A DNA stretch of 48,930 nt, filler included, from Streblomastix strix (GCA_008636045.1; 3 parts of 3 records of this genome joined end to end with filler, not necessarily neighbours in it); one strand, 5' to 3'. Shown: positions 33,860-46,689, numbered from the whole stretch's first letter. Made by a program: numbers and translations. Notes: generated by a model not told the origin, from the letters alone.

Positions 33860-34812
33860 CAGTGCCGCAGATTAGATGCGGACAGAATATTAGATGCGGA
33901 CACCCATAGTTGGAACAATGTATTTAAACCTCCTGAAAAAATAAAATTGACATTTGAAACTTATCATTGACTAATCATTTTCTTGCATTATAATATATTT
34001 ATTTATTATATATTTACTCATATAAATCCAGTTATTGGTTCAGAAATTGAATTTTTCTAAAATTTAACAATAACTATTATCGAAATTCAATAATTATTTT
34101 ATATTTTTTACATATATATTTAATTTTAACTAGTAAAATTTGATAATTTCTATGAATAAATTCCTAAATAGTTCGGATTTTAGAAATTTTAATAAACTAC
34201 GTTTTTGTTTATATCGTTTCAATATATAATTAAAAATCAATTTTACTTTAACTTTATTCCCAAATATTTAGATAATTTATGAAACCAATTGACAATTCTA
34301 CTAGTGAATCGCCGTTAATCTGATACGCAAAAATTTTACTAAAGAACTTCGGTGCCTCAAAAGCAGTATGTCGTAGTAAAATCTAATTTTATATTTATTT
34401 TGATATTATCTACTATTTCTTTTATTTTCAGAAATTTGAAGTCGAATGAAATAACTATTATGTTGCTAGAAGTCTTTTTTATGTTTTTACTTTTAATTAC
34501 CAAATTATTGTTTAATATTGATTTTAATGTATAAATAAATAAATGAATAATTGTCACTAAGTAAAATTTATACAAAATTCATAATTTTATTCTATTTTAA
34601 TATCATCAAATTATTAAAAATTCAATTTCTGAACCAATAACTGGGCTTATATGAGTAAATGTATAATAAATAAATATATTATAATGCAAGGAAATGATTA
34701 GTCAATGATAAGTTTCAAATGTCAATTTTATTTTTTCAGGAGGTTTAAATACATTGCTCCAGCTATGGGTGTCCGCATCTAATATTCTGTCCGCATCTAA
34801 TATGCGGCACTG
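33860..34812. mobile_element. Non-autonomous Tc1/mariner-type TIR element (MITE), 953 bp
   Basis: Termini CAGTGCCGCA...TGCGGCACTG; TA duplication at 33858-59 and 34813-14; arms of about 197 bp (33860-34056, 34616-34812), each with a doubled attagatgcggaca motif. Confidence 0.92.
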
Positions 34813-35324
34813 TAAGTGAAACTGAAAATTGGAACGATGATGAATTTCATCGGTAATAGGGTTGTGAAAAATCATTTGCGATTGAAACAATCTATGAACT
34901 GTTAGGAATATTTACATTAAGGAATGTTGATGAATTGACAAAAATATTCGAAAAATTTAACACTTTAGCATCAACTGCAATTCTAATAAATTTTAATGAA
35001 ATTTGTGATGTTTCTGATTCCTTCAATTTATAACATAAAATGAAGAGTGCAATCACATAATCTAGTGCATAATTGAACGCTGTGGAGTTGATTCTGCAGA
35101 AAGTGAAATATGGAGTAATTTTATATGCACTTGTAATGTCTTTAATGCAATTCCAGCAGAGAAAGGGAACAGAAGATTTCAATACTTTACATGCAACAAT
35201 GAATTTGCTGGCGAATGTAAATATATCTAAAATTTGTGCAAGGATATACAACAATAAAAAATAAGGCGAATACAATGAAGAATTCATGGGAATATTGCTT
35301 TATTATTTCCGTACTTTAGACATA

Positions 35325-36121
35325 CAGGGGCGCGGAAAAGTCCTTGCACAGCCTTTATCTAGGTGAATATAATAAAAAATTAAAAATTAATATTAATATT
35401 AAATTTTTCTTAATCTAGTTATTAAACTAAATATCTTTTTCTCTCTTTTTTGTAATGTCTGTTCCTGCTGAGATATGGCTTTAAATCAGAAAAATTATAA
35501 ATTAAAGAAATTAAAATAACTTTTGCAATTGTATATATATATATATATTAATATAAAAATTAAATTAAATCATTATTAATGTTAATTAAACATTCATTTA
35601 CATATATGTATAATGTCAATCATTGGAAACACATATTTTTCCTTAATTATAAAACATTTTTGAATTCCACATTTTCTAAATTATTACTCACTTTATTATT
35701 ATATAAACTCATTTATATATATTATTTAAATTAGAATATTTAATGGAAATTATAATATTTATATATAATTTAACGATAATTCAAAAATGTTTTAAAATTA
35801 AGGAAAAATATGTGTTTCCAATGATTGACATTATACATATATGTAAATGAATGTTTAATTAACATTAATAATGATTTAATTTAATTTTTATATTAAAATA
35901 TATAAATATATATACAATTGCAAAAGTTATTTTAATTTCTTTAATTTTTAATTTTTCTGATTTAAAGCCATATCTCAGCAGGAAAAGACGTTACAAAAAA
36001 GAGAGAAAAAGATATTTAGTTTAATAACTAGATTAAGAAAAATTTAATATTAATATTAATTTTTATTTTTTTATTATATTCACCTAGATCAAGGCTGTGC
36101 AAGGACTTTTCCGCGCCCCTG
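35325..36121. mobile_element. Foldback-like MITE with about 342-bp inverted arms, 797 bp
   Basis: Termini CAGGGGCGCGGAAAAG...CTTTTCCGCGCCCCTG; TA duplication at 35323-24 and 36122-23; arms 35325-35666 and 35778-36121. Removal restores the helicase frame (LDI-QGFD). Confidence 0.93.
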
Positions 36122-36667
36122 TATAAGGATTTGATGCTGAAGACTTTATTGTATAAGCTAGAAGTAGGACTAACGTGGAATATAACAAGTAACTTGAACG
36201 AAAATATAAATGCTTGAATCAAGTGGATAGATTCGTTGTTAGTAACTTTCCGATATTCAAAATTAATGTTCCAATTCAATGCATCAAAATTGATAAATAT
36301 TAATTAACGAGGCTCGTAATTAAGCTAAAATCTTCATGTGATTTTGTTAGAGCTGGAAAATATAAATTTGTTAAAGAGTTCTATAATAAGAATAAAGTGA
36401 TTTACGATAAATATATTAAGATTGATTTAAACTCATTACCTGAATAAGTTAGATTATATTCAATAAAACAAGAGGAACAATGTAGATATTTAATGAATAT
36501 TATTAGATATAAGTAATTTAATGTACCTGCAAATTTAGGGAATGAAAATGAAACAAATCCGAATCAAGACGGTGATGGATCTGAATATTATTGATATGAT
36601 TCATTTTTGATGAATTGTTCTGCTTTTCATAATTAGAGATAATATCAATAGCTTGAAATGCTGTGCA

Positions 36668-37530
36668 GGCGTGCAGGGATGGAACCCTAAAAATTACCAA
36701 AATAATAGTTGGTCGATCTGTACCTATAAAATTATTTGCGGAGCAGCATATATAAAACTTCCTTAATTTTTCTCCATTTTTAGTCTTTATATGCAAGGTT
36801 ATAAAGATTTAAAATAGATATAAAATATCCATTTCAAAATATCTGCTCCAAAAATAAACGAAATTTGGCATAAATGCCAATTATTAAATCAAGTAGTGCA
36901 CAGTATAGTCTAATTTTAACTTTCATTATCAGTAACAGTATTATTTGCAATCATTAATCCGCTACTTTGAATTGCTTTAGGTAATGCTTGAATCTTGTCG
37001 TATACATATTTCTATCAATCAGTCATAAAGACTAATGTATCTTCTTGAAGTGAATCGTTGATATCTCTAATAATTAGAATGATATCTGTTCCCCAATTAC
37101 GATCTAAATCAATAGTTGGCGTATAATATTTTCCAGTAGGATTAAGCTGTTTTAGCAAATATGTAAATTAAATAGAATTTTCTTCGAATGATTTAATAAT
37201 CTTTATATCTGTTAATATAGATAATTTATGTTTTCTCAATAATCGTTTTAACTATTCAACATCTTTATCTTGATATGTTTGCGCAAGCTCATTAACGATT
37301 TCAATATCCATAAAGTGGTAATCTTTAAACATTGATCTTTTCTATTTTTGAATTAACTCAGATATTACATCAAATTCAAACTTAATCATTTCTATTAACT
37401 AAAAATATTGATTATGATTATTAATCTTAAGTATTTTCTTTTTTCAGTCGCTATTTCTAAATATATAATCCGACCGAGCGATCGACTTCCGATCAAGAGT
37501 TCAATTTTAGAGGATCCATCCCTGCACGCC
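36668..37530. mobile_element. Non-autonomous TIR element with TGCA target duplication and an internal ORF, 863 bp
   Basis: 16-bp perfect TIR GGCGTGCAGGGATGGA (imperfect beyond); TGCA at 36664-67 and 37531-34. Removal restores a minus-strand frame (SEKLCTAFQAIDI). Confidence 0.82.
36889..37389 (-). CDS. Unknown ORF carried inside the TGCA element
   Basis: MIKFEFDVISELIQKQKRSMFKDYHF...FMTD*QKYVYDKIQ; 124 codons to TGA 37015-37017, with the frame continuing about 40 codons more. Confidence 0.5.
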
Positions 37531-38181
37531 TGCACAGTTTTTCGGATTATTGAGTTTTGGGCTAAATTTGAAGAACTGCTGAAAAGCATTAATTATAAGG
37601 ATTAATTGATTGGATTACCTGCAAAAATAATTTCATTGATTGTTTGATTGATTGCTTGATGGATTGTTTGGTTAACTTTTCTATTGATTGTTTGGTTAGT
37701 TGTTCTATTTGTTGTTCCAATCAATTATTTAGCCAAATCTGAAGTAAATCCTATACGTCATATATGATAATTTTCTGAAGACGTCGATTCAAGAGGAGTT
37801 ATAAATCGTTGGCAGATGCTCGGAATTCCTATCATTGAATTCTATATTTTTATTAGGCACGCGATCGTTACTCTGCGGCAATGCGTTCGGCTTCGAAAGT
37901 CCACAAATCACACAATAATTTTACAATTAATTTACTAGTATTATCATCTAAATCTAATGTATAATATTATTGCTTTGTTCGTTAATTATCATTAATAATC
38001 TCATAAAATCTATTCATTTCTGCTTCCTTTATCTCTACTCTGTAGATTGCTGCATCAGCACTCTTGATCTATCGTTTCTTCATTGCTTCTCCTAAACATA
38101 TTCTTATAAATATTTCATTCATTTATTATTTTGTTTACATATTATATCATAGTATAATTGATAGAGGAACATATGAATCAA

Positions 38182-38923
38182 TCATTTGTATATATTTTCA
38201 ATAAACAATAATCTTCCCATTCTTCCATTTCCATCTTTATGCGGATGAATACGTTCATATAATAGATAAAACGCACACATAATCATAATCTAATTTGATT
38301 AATAATATTTTTAAGCGAAGTCCACTAACTATACCAGTTAATTTGGATCGATATTTTCATGTTATATTCCAAAATTAGCAGCAGAGATTATTATTGAATT
38401 ATTCTTATCATTAACATATACACTACAATGCCTAAACGTCTCTCGTTTGAATAATGCTTAGTAAAATCCATTGAAAATATGACACCATATTTTTCTTAAG
38501 GTATTCAATAGCTTCATTAATGTTGTCTTTTGGCAATATATCTTATTCAATACTGTTAGAATCCATAATATTCTTAGACATTAATTTATCTACTTCAATC
38601 GTATCTATTATATTACCTATTTAATCATATCTATCATCAATGAATATTATTGTAAATTCGTTAATTTTCATAGTTTACTTAGGCATCTTTTTAATAATAA
38701 ATGAAATATTATTCGAGATAGTTGTTGGAACTTCATTAATATTCATCGCTATTGCAAACATTGGATTGTTTCTTATTGCTGCATCTGCATATAATATTTT
38801 AATTATTACTTTAAAGAAAAAAGAGGAAAAGATTCCAATAAATTTATCATTCTATTCGTGAATATCTAGATGTTACCTTTGGCAGACAATTAATTGTTTA
38901 TTTTTTGGAACAATAAAAGACAT
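38182..38923 (-). pseudogene. Fic-domain protein (one frameshift)
   Basis: YERIHPHKDGNGRMGRLL; the core HPHKDGNGRMGR at 38247-38212 matches HPFxDGNGRxxR. Upstream FRHCSVYV resembles the Fic 'R...V' motif. Extra base in a T-run at about 38491. Confidence 0.85.
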
Positions 38924-39406
38924 AGAAAAGATCAATATCACCATCTGAAAAAATAAGTTAAATTGAACCAATATCACCACGCTAATCCATACCGATAATT
39001 ACTGCAATAGTTGAAGTAGATTCACCATTCTACAAATAATATGACTAAGTTTCTGTTCAATCGTAGCGTTCAAGAAGAAGATCATATATATTTGAAGAAG
39101 TATTAATTCCAGATCCATCAGTTTATCATTAGTTATTGGATATAGTTAGTGAAGATGAACATATGACTAAAGAGTCAGCTCAATTCATATTATCTGAACC
39201 TCAATTAATAAGAATTATAGCATATTCATTTAACATAATAAAAAACTAAGATGTTCTTAATACAGAAGGTGATGGGTGTTGTGGAAAATTCATGCTTGAT
39301 AGATCACGAATATTAAGTGAGATTACTTTTAATAATGTTAATATACTTACTCTAGATATTGATAAAATCAATTTTCTTAGAGAATCATATAAATTATGTT
39401 TATAAA

Positions 39407-42040
39407 ATGTTAGAAAATAACACATATCCTAGATCTAAGAGATATATCGTATAATCTAATGTCAGCAGCAAATAAAGGATTAATGACTATTTTATCATAA
39501 ATTCATTGATTAAACTTTACATTATTTTTGGCGATTAAATGGCTTTTGCAGACTTACATTCGTTAGATGTTCTTATAATACACGATGAAGCTTTTTTCGG
39601 AAGTATTAGATATAATTCAATTGGTTTAGTTGAATAAGTTGAAAACATCAATAATCAAACCAATTTGATAAATAATGCTCCTGCATCTGATGTATACACC
39701 AGACCTGAAGCAAGTGAAATATTTGATACAAATGCTGATAAAACTGATACTTATACTAAAACAGAAACCGATGTATTACTCGAAGCAAAAGCTGATATAA
39801 TTGATACTTATACTAAATCTGAAGATGACGCTTTTTTACTATTAAAAGCTGACAAATCAGATACATATTCGAAGACAGAAGATGACGCACTCTTATTATT
39901 GAAAACTAATGTTGCTGATATTGCGGATAGTTATTCCATGACAGAAGATGATGCACTCTTATAATTGAAAGCTGATAAATCAGATAAATATTTTAAGACT
40001 GAATACGGCGTACACTTATTATTGAAAGCTAATGTTGCTGATATTGCGGATAGTTATTCCATGACAGAAGATGATGCTCTCGTATTACTGAAAACGAATA
40101 AATTTGACACTTATTCCAAGTCAGAAACTGAAACACTACTCGATGCAAAAGCAGACAAATCTGAACTAATTGATTCATATTCTAAGACTGAAAATGATTC
40201 GCTCTTATCATTGAAAGCTAATGTTGTTGATTTGACAAATTATGTTGATTTAACTTCAGCTCAAACAATAACAGGTTAAAAATAATTCGGAGTAATTAGT
40301 GTATCCAGCATATCAAAATTGAGTAAAAATGATGCATCTAATCTTCTTGCAGGCGGAGGATATATGTTAGTAAGTTCGTTAGTAACATAACCATAATTAT
40401 AAGAAGGTAGAAATATTGCAACTGGAAAGTCAAAAGCATATGTTTTCTCTACGTAAGATGAGTTGAATGACTGGATGGCTGATCAAGAGAATGTAGCAAA
40501 ACTAGTGACTGGAGATAATTTATATATTGTTGATAAGGAAGTTACTGATTATTGGTGGGATGGAACAGACATAAAAGTACTAGAAACAGAATTACCTGAT
40601 ATGAGTAATGTTATCACAACTCTAGGAACAGCTACTGGAGGAGGTAATGTTATTATTGATATATCAATTGATGGAAATATACTAACATCAGCGAAAAGTA
40701 AAAATTTTGTAGATACAGATTATAATCAAAGTATCAGTGGTTAAAAGACATTTAATACAATAATACATTTTGTTGAAATCATGGTTAAAACTTATGATAA
40801 CTCAAGTGTTGTTTGTATGCGAGGAGGAGTTAGATCAATTGCAGATATTTAAAGTGCTTCGTACACTAAATCAGAAGATAATGCACTCTTACTATTGAAA
40901 GCAGATAAAACGTAACTGATTGATTCTTACACTAAAGGTGAGACAGATAATCTCTTAAATATTAAAGTAGATACCAGAATTTCTTATTCAAAAAGAAAAA
41001 ATAATGCATTTTTATTAATGAAAGCAGATAAGACATAACTGATTGATTCATACTCTAATGGTGAAACAAATAATCTCTTAGATAATGTAGTAAATTAATC
41101 AACTACGTATATCAAAACAGAAACTGATCAATTAATATCTGAGATTGATGTCGAAGATATTGATTTGACTGATTATTACAATAAAATAAAAACAGATGAG
41201 TTATTAGTTGAAAAAGCAGACGCAACCGAACTATCTAATTATATGACCTTAGGTACTGAATAAACAACTAATGCAAATAAAACAATTAATAATGCTTGTA
41301 GATTCAAAAGTACAATATATGGAATGTCAACAATTAATGGTACATCATTTGTCAAATCAGGTGCTGATAATTCTGTTGTATTACTTGGAGCTGGTGGTAC
41401 AAAACCAATCTCAGAATTCACAATCACAATTGATGATTCAAATTATGTAAAAAAAGATTGTGATGTATAAGATATTAAAGGAATTTTACGAAAAATAACA
41501 ATAGACTAACTATATCCAGAGCCAACGGATGATGATTATATAACGTTGGGAGCAGTTAAAAGTGAAATCGTTTCATCTATCTAAAGCGGTTCTATTAATG
41601 GTAATCTAATTACAACGTAATTTTTAAAATCAAATGGAACAAACCAGCAGGTATTATTAGAGAATGAAACTATGAAACTATTATCAGAGTTCGCAAGTGG
41701 AAGCGTTGATGATTCGAATTTTGTGAAGAAAACAGGATAGGCAACATTATCAAACGAAGGAAATTTAATAAGAAGCGGTAGTAAAATTTTATTTGAAAAT
41801 CTTTAACCATTCCAATTTATAAACAAATAAGATGCAAAATTCGGATTTGTGTAAAACGAGGGAAAATATGTATAAGAAATCGAAGCGAAATTACGGAGAA
41901 AACAAGATGACAAGGAATCTTAAGATGGTGACTATTTAACAAAAGAGGAGATGGATAATAAATATGTATCATTTGGAGGAACTTAAACGATTACTGTCGC
42001 AAAAATATTGGCAATATCCGTAACTGCACATGCATTATGA
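39407..42040 (+). CDS. Virion fibre-like protein with KADKxDTYxKTExDxLL repeats (about 877 aa)
   Basis: Single table-6 frame linking the short ORF-track pieces. Repeat blocks about 39690-40240 and 40860-41220; AQTITGQK-like and FVKSG..VVLLGAGG motifs typical of viral fibres. Confidence 0.7.
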
Positions 42041-42229
42041 ATGTCTGTGGGCGGACCATATAGTGGTTTTAAATCTCATATTACCATTAGTGGAGAAATT
42101 AGATCTTATACTTTTGGAGCTAGTTAGATTGAATAAATAAGCTTTTCTGGGATTTTGATTAAATGAAGTTATGGATTGATTAAAATTACTTATCAAATAA
42201 TGCTATTCATACTATTTTTGAAATATAAA

Positions 42230-42706
42230 ATGAGTTCAGTATACCTAGATGAAGCATTATTAGACTCAGCAGGGTTATCTGATTTTCCAGAATTATACGC
42301 ATACATTCATGAGAGATATCAAGATCCAGTTCCACCTGCATATGCAATACAATTCGGAGAATAAACTTTGCAACAATAATTGAAAGGTAATGATGATATA
42401 CTCAATAAAACAAACGAAGTGTTCGTTCCATCAGTTTCAAATGCACCTACAAAATTGGATTTAAGTTCATAGCTAGAACGATCTAATTTCTTAGCATCAA
42501 GTGGATCAGATCCATAATTAATTGTATATGATGATCGTGTCACATTAACCGCATCATATGCAACTACTGGATTGTTTACCAATGGATATTTATTTAATAG
42601 CTATCCTGAAGAAGCGAGACCAAAAGAGAGTGATAAAGTGATTGCATTAGTTGAAACAAATTCAACGAATAAAAAATAGTATATTTTGATATATCGAATA
42701 TAATGA
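42230..42706 (+). CDS. Viral hypothetical protein, possibly structural
   Basis: MSSVYLDEALLDSAG...YILIYRIQ*, open in table 6. Confidence 0.55.
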
Positions 42707-42980
42707 ACCATTTATCATTAATACTTCAGAGATTCCATCAAAAAATGCACTCGTAATAAACGTAATATATTAAAAGAAATATAAATAATCGAAGATGATA
42801 AATTATGATGCAAATAATGATCGAAGAGTATATATTATGGATATATGGCATGTTAATAGCAAAAGAATATTCGAAACACAATCTTATGTATATGAAACAG
42901 TGAAAAAATAAACTTATTTGATCATAACTAGATTATTATGTGATAATAAAGTTAATTATTTGAATATTGAAATAAAATTA

Positions 42981-43910
42981 ATGGATGAATTAGCAATCTA
43001 TAAAGCGGATTGAGAGGCATTCTTCATTAAGGAAGGTCCATTTATTACATTCAGTTTTGGAGCTAAATTTGGATAAATAATATAATAATATTCGAATTCA
43101 GAAAGTCATTAAACTGTTCATAGATTTTTTTCGATAATAAGTTAAAAATTTCTTCCACCAAATATGAAATACATGCCAATTCGTACTGAACAATAAGAAT
43201 ATACAGCGATGAATTTGTTCAAAGATATCTATGATAAATCATTAGCTGTAGAAGTAACTGTAAGCGGAGTATTGAATAATTATGATTGCGAATTTTGATG
43301 AACATATATACTCGATAACTATAAGAATCTAATATAAAATTAGAAGTCAAATGATGAGTCAAATGAAGAACCAAACGCATCTCCATAAAATCCAAACGCA
43401 TTACTATCAGATCCAAAAGAATCTAACTCTAACATTGATGAAGTAATAATAAAACATGATAAATTATAAGCATCATCTTCCAAACCAATAAATATAATTA
43501 CTAACGTATTCAATTAAATTCAACTTATTGCACCTTTTGATCAGGGTGGACGTGCTTATAATATGGTTTATATTGTTGATGATGGGACTTGCAGAATATA
43601 TGCATTCAACTTATATTTTGAATCAAAATTGATAAGCAACAATTACATAAAAGATCGGTAGGATTCCAGATGTTATATTATCAACTGATGGTAAAAACAT
43701 GGGATTTCTTACATTTGTCTATTGAAATGCTAGTGGATATATTAATTGGTTGGGTATGTGTTATTTTGGATTCAATTAATAATATTTAATGTAATATTGT
43801 TTTTTGCATAATGTTCAAGAAGTTATCGCTGAATTATCTATTTATATTTATAAATATTGCTCAAGTGGAATGTATTATCTATGAGACATTGATTCGATAA
43901 TTTGATGTAA
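42981..43910 (+). pseudogene. Decayed viral beta-rich protein(s)
   Basis: Protein-like fragments (AFFIKEGPFITFSFGAKF, FLPPNMKYMPIR) broken by stops and frameshifts. Confidence 0.4.
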
Positions 43911-43937
43911 ATACGTTTATTTTTGCGCATTAAAATC

Positions 43938-44269
43938 ATGGCACCGGGAATATTCAGCAAGTTTAAAAAAAATTAGTCTCAGTTGTATATAATGAAATCA
44001 GTTGGAAGAATGATTAAATAGTCAAACTAATAATGTCCAAAACAAATGCTCTTCTAGCATCTCTTGGACCTGCAGCAAGTATGGTTGTGAAAGGAATTAG
44101 TGCAGGTTCGTCAGCTGTTGACGCATTATTCGGTCCAAATAAATAATAATCAAAATAAAAATTCAGTTAAGATTTCAAGGCATTCCGTCATGATGATTAC
44201 TTAAGACAAAAAGTTCCGATTGATACAATTTGCAATCGTATATAGCTTCTTGGAAATGAATTTTAGTGA
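43938..44269 (+). pseudogene. Small basic amphipathic viral protein upstream of the capsid gene (frameshifted)
   Basis: MAPGIFSKFKK ... ALLASLGPAASMVVKGISAGSSAVDALFG. Confidence 0.5.
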
Positions 44270-44368
44270 TTTGTGTTCACAAGAAACGATTTAATATGAA
44301 TCATCAATTGAATTAACAAATATATAATCAGATAATTTTTTGTGCAATTATACATGAATCACCAACTT

Positions 44369-46076
44369 ATGATGACTTATATAGCAAAATCACAAACTAG
44401 TTTTGAAACAATCGAGAACTTGTTAAAGACCTTCGCAATTCAACCATCTTAGAATGATGGATAACTTCATTTCTCAATCAAAGAGATAAAGCCAGTATCA
44501 TAAATGCCATCATTATTTGACAAGGAAGTTATCATCAGTTTATCTGATCCAGATCATGATGTAACTCAAATCTAAAATTCATTTATTACACTTGAATTCA
44601 TAATGAGTCTATTGTATGATAATAAGTTTGATTAATTTTGTGAAGCATATAAAGAAAGAACTTACAAATTTGTTGGCTTGAAGAAATCAGCTGAATTAAT
44701 TAGAGAATATATTCTATATCATCGAGGAAAGACAATTTATGGATTTCTCTAGAACGATGCAACTACTGAATCATTTATTTATAATACTATCAAACCAAAG
44801 TCAGAGAAAAAATTATAATCGATTTATTTATTTTCTTTATGAAAATATTCGCGGAGATGATATATCATGCTGTGGGCGTTATCTAAGTATGAAAGCAATA
44901 TCTGAAGTACTTGCACCATAGACAGCAGTTCCATATGTTATGCCAGTTGGCTTCACAGTATCAATTCCTCTGGATGATTTATTTATTTTCTCAGCATTCT
45001 CTGAATATCCTAATAATCTGATTGGTGATCTCAAAATTAAATTCAAAATTAATCAAAACGCATTCGTATTCTGTTAAATTGATCCAATTATATCACAAAC
45101 TAAATTTTATACAATTTGCAAAGATGAATTAATGAGTTCAGGTCAAGATAGGCTTAAGGATATTGATCTATTCTTCCGTAACTGGAGTCTCATATATCAA
45201 TATACTAACATGTTCACATAAGTCGGATGCACAGCTGATTTGATCACTGGCATACGTGCAGAAGTGCTAACTCCTTCAGGATTGAAGAACCTCATTTGTG
45301 ATGTTAATCCAGTAACAGTATCTGTAAGAAACTATATTATAGAAGCCGTAACAGCAAATATGTGTGGATATAAAGCATCAGAATCTTGTCTCAATCGTGT
45401 ATGATAATTTTATTCTACTCGTCCATTTGTTATTCTTGCATAGCTTATTGAATATTGGGCATTCTAAAGTGCAGCTACATTGACAGAGTTAAGAACTAGC
45501 TAAATATATCCACTTTCTCATGTTACTGACATGTGTCTTATCTTCCCTAAAGATCATAGATGTATTACTTGTTTCGAGATCCCATGCTATTAGAACATGC
45601 AAGTAACTACTTTAGGTAGAAATTTCCCAGATTTTCCAATGAATATTCTAAACGAATAATTCTTCACAATGTAACTTGCAGCTAATAATCTCGATAACAT
45701 ATTCGAAGTACTTGATGAATATGAAGATTCAATCGCAACTCCAAAAGGTATAGCAACAAGAAGATATAATCCAAACACTGATATTACATCATTCTTTATA
45801 ATTCTATAATGTGAACTTAATAGTAATGGTGCATTAACATTTGATGGATTTGATGCATAGAACTAAAATATTTCAGTTGAACTTAGAGAGATGCCAATTT
45901 ACTAAGGCGCAGTTGATACTTATTGTAATGTTTATACTAATGGAAACCATCCATCTCCTCCAGTTCTGTGCACTGTTCATGAAATTTTCTGGCTATTTTG
46001 CATTGCAGATGGAGGATCTTGCAATTATGATACTAAACATTCATTCGATGAGGTTGTTGGATAAGTAATTACTTGA
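44369..46076 (+). pseudogene. Probable double-jelly-roll major capsid protein (about 570 aa)
   Basis: Beta-rich ORF (NSFITLEF, FVGLKKSAELIREY, VSIPLDDL, GDLKIKFKIN, PLSHVTDMCLIFPK, GALTFDGFD). Extra A at about 44810 and TGA at 45402-45404. Fold inferred from size, composition and context. Confidence 0.62.
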
Positions 46077-46138
46077 TAGTGATGGAATTTTATTTTTGCA
46101 TATAAAAAATGCCATATAATTGTGCAGTAATTAATGAT

Positions 46139-46500
46139 ATGACTTCTACTCAGAATGTAAAACACTTCGTAATTATATAGGATGATTGTACGTTTGATGA
46201 AAGGAAATATCGAGTTCAGCCACTCTATGATTTTGATAATTCAAATATTGAGCGAAAAATAAAATTCATATAATGTAAGACACTTAATATACATGATATT
46301 ATATCTATTCATTCATCGCTAATATAAGAAGAAAAATATTGCGATAGTTTTGTAGATTTTTGAAATGAAACAAGAACAATTTATGAATTTTAATAAATGA
46401 ATCACTAAAGAATTTTGTTAATTTGGTTCAAAAATAATATGAATTTGAATGTAACATAAACAGATATAAAATTTGATCTTGAATTGATGCTTGTGTATTG
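46139..46500 (+). pseudogene. Possible minor capsid (penton-like) protein, decayed
   Basis: MTSTQNVKHFVII...ISIHSSLI...CDSFV...IWFKN directly after the putative MCP. Confidence 0.35.
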
Positions 46501-46689
46501 ATTGAGAATTATTTTCAAATAATCGAGGGGGAAAATATTTCCCCTCAAATTTTGTGGAGATTTGTATTCAAATTATCGGTACAAATCGGCTGGCAGTAAA
46601 ACCTGCTAGCCCTCCTTCAAATTATTTTTCATGCGTTAATAATTAATCATTTGTTTCAATTTATTAATCGAACTTTTCATCTAATCAGA

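Larger units (their letters stand above)
33100..36594 (+). pseudogene. D5-like superfamily 3 helicase, split by two MITEs and frameshifted
   Basis: IFTGFAY..IQPFLNHIK..EYIIKWFASIF | MITE | degenerate Walker A G-x-QGCEKS (about 34852-34877), KFNTLASTAILINFNE (Walker B), KMKSAIT, LLYYFRTLDI | MITE | QGFDAEDF ... TGA 36592-36594. Confidence 0.8.

Noticed and set aside
39690..40240. Regularly spaced repeats resembling a CRISPR-like array
   Set aside because: Degenerate codon-level repeats of a protein motif; no unique spacers and no cas genes.
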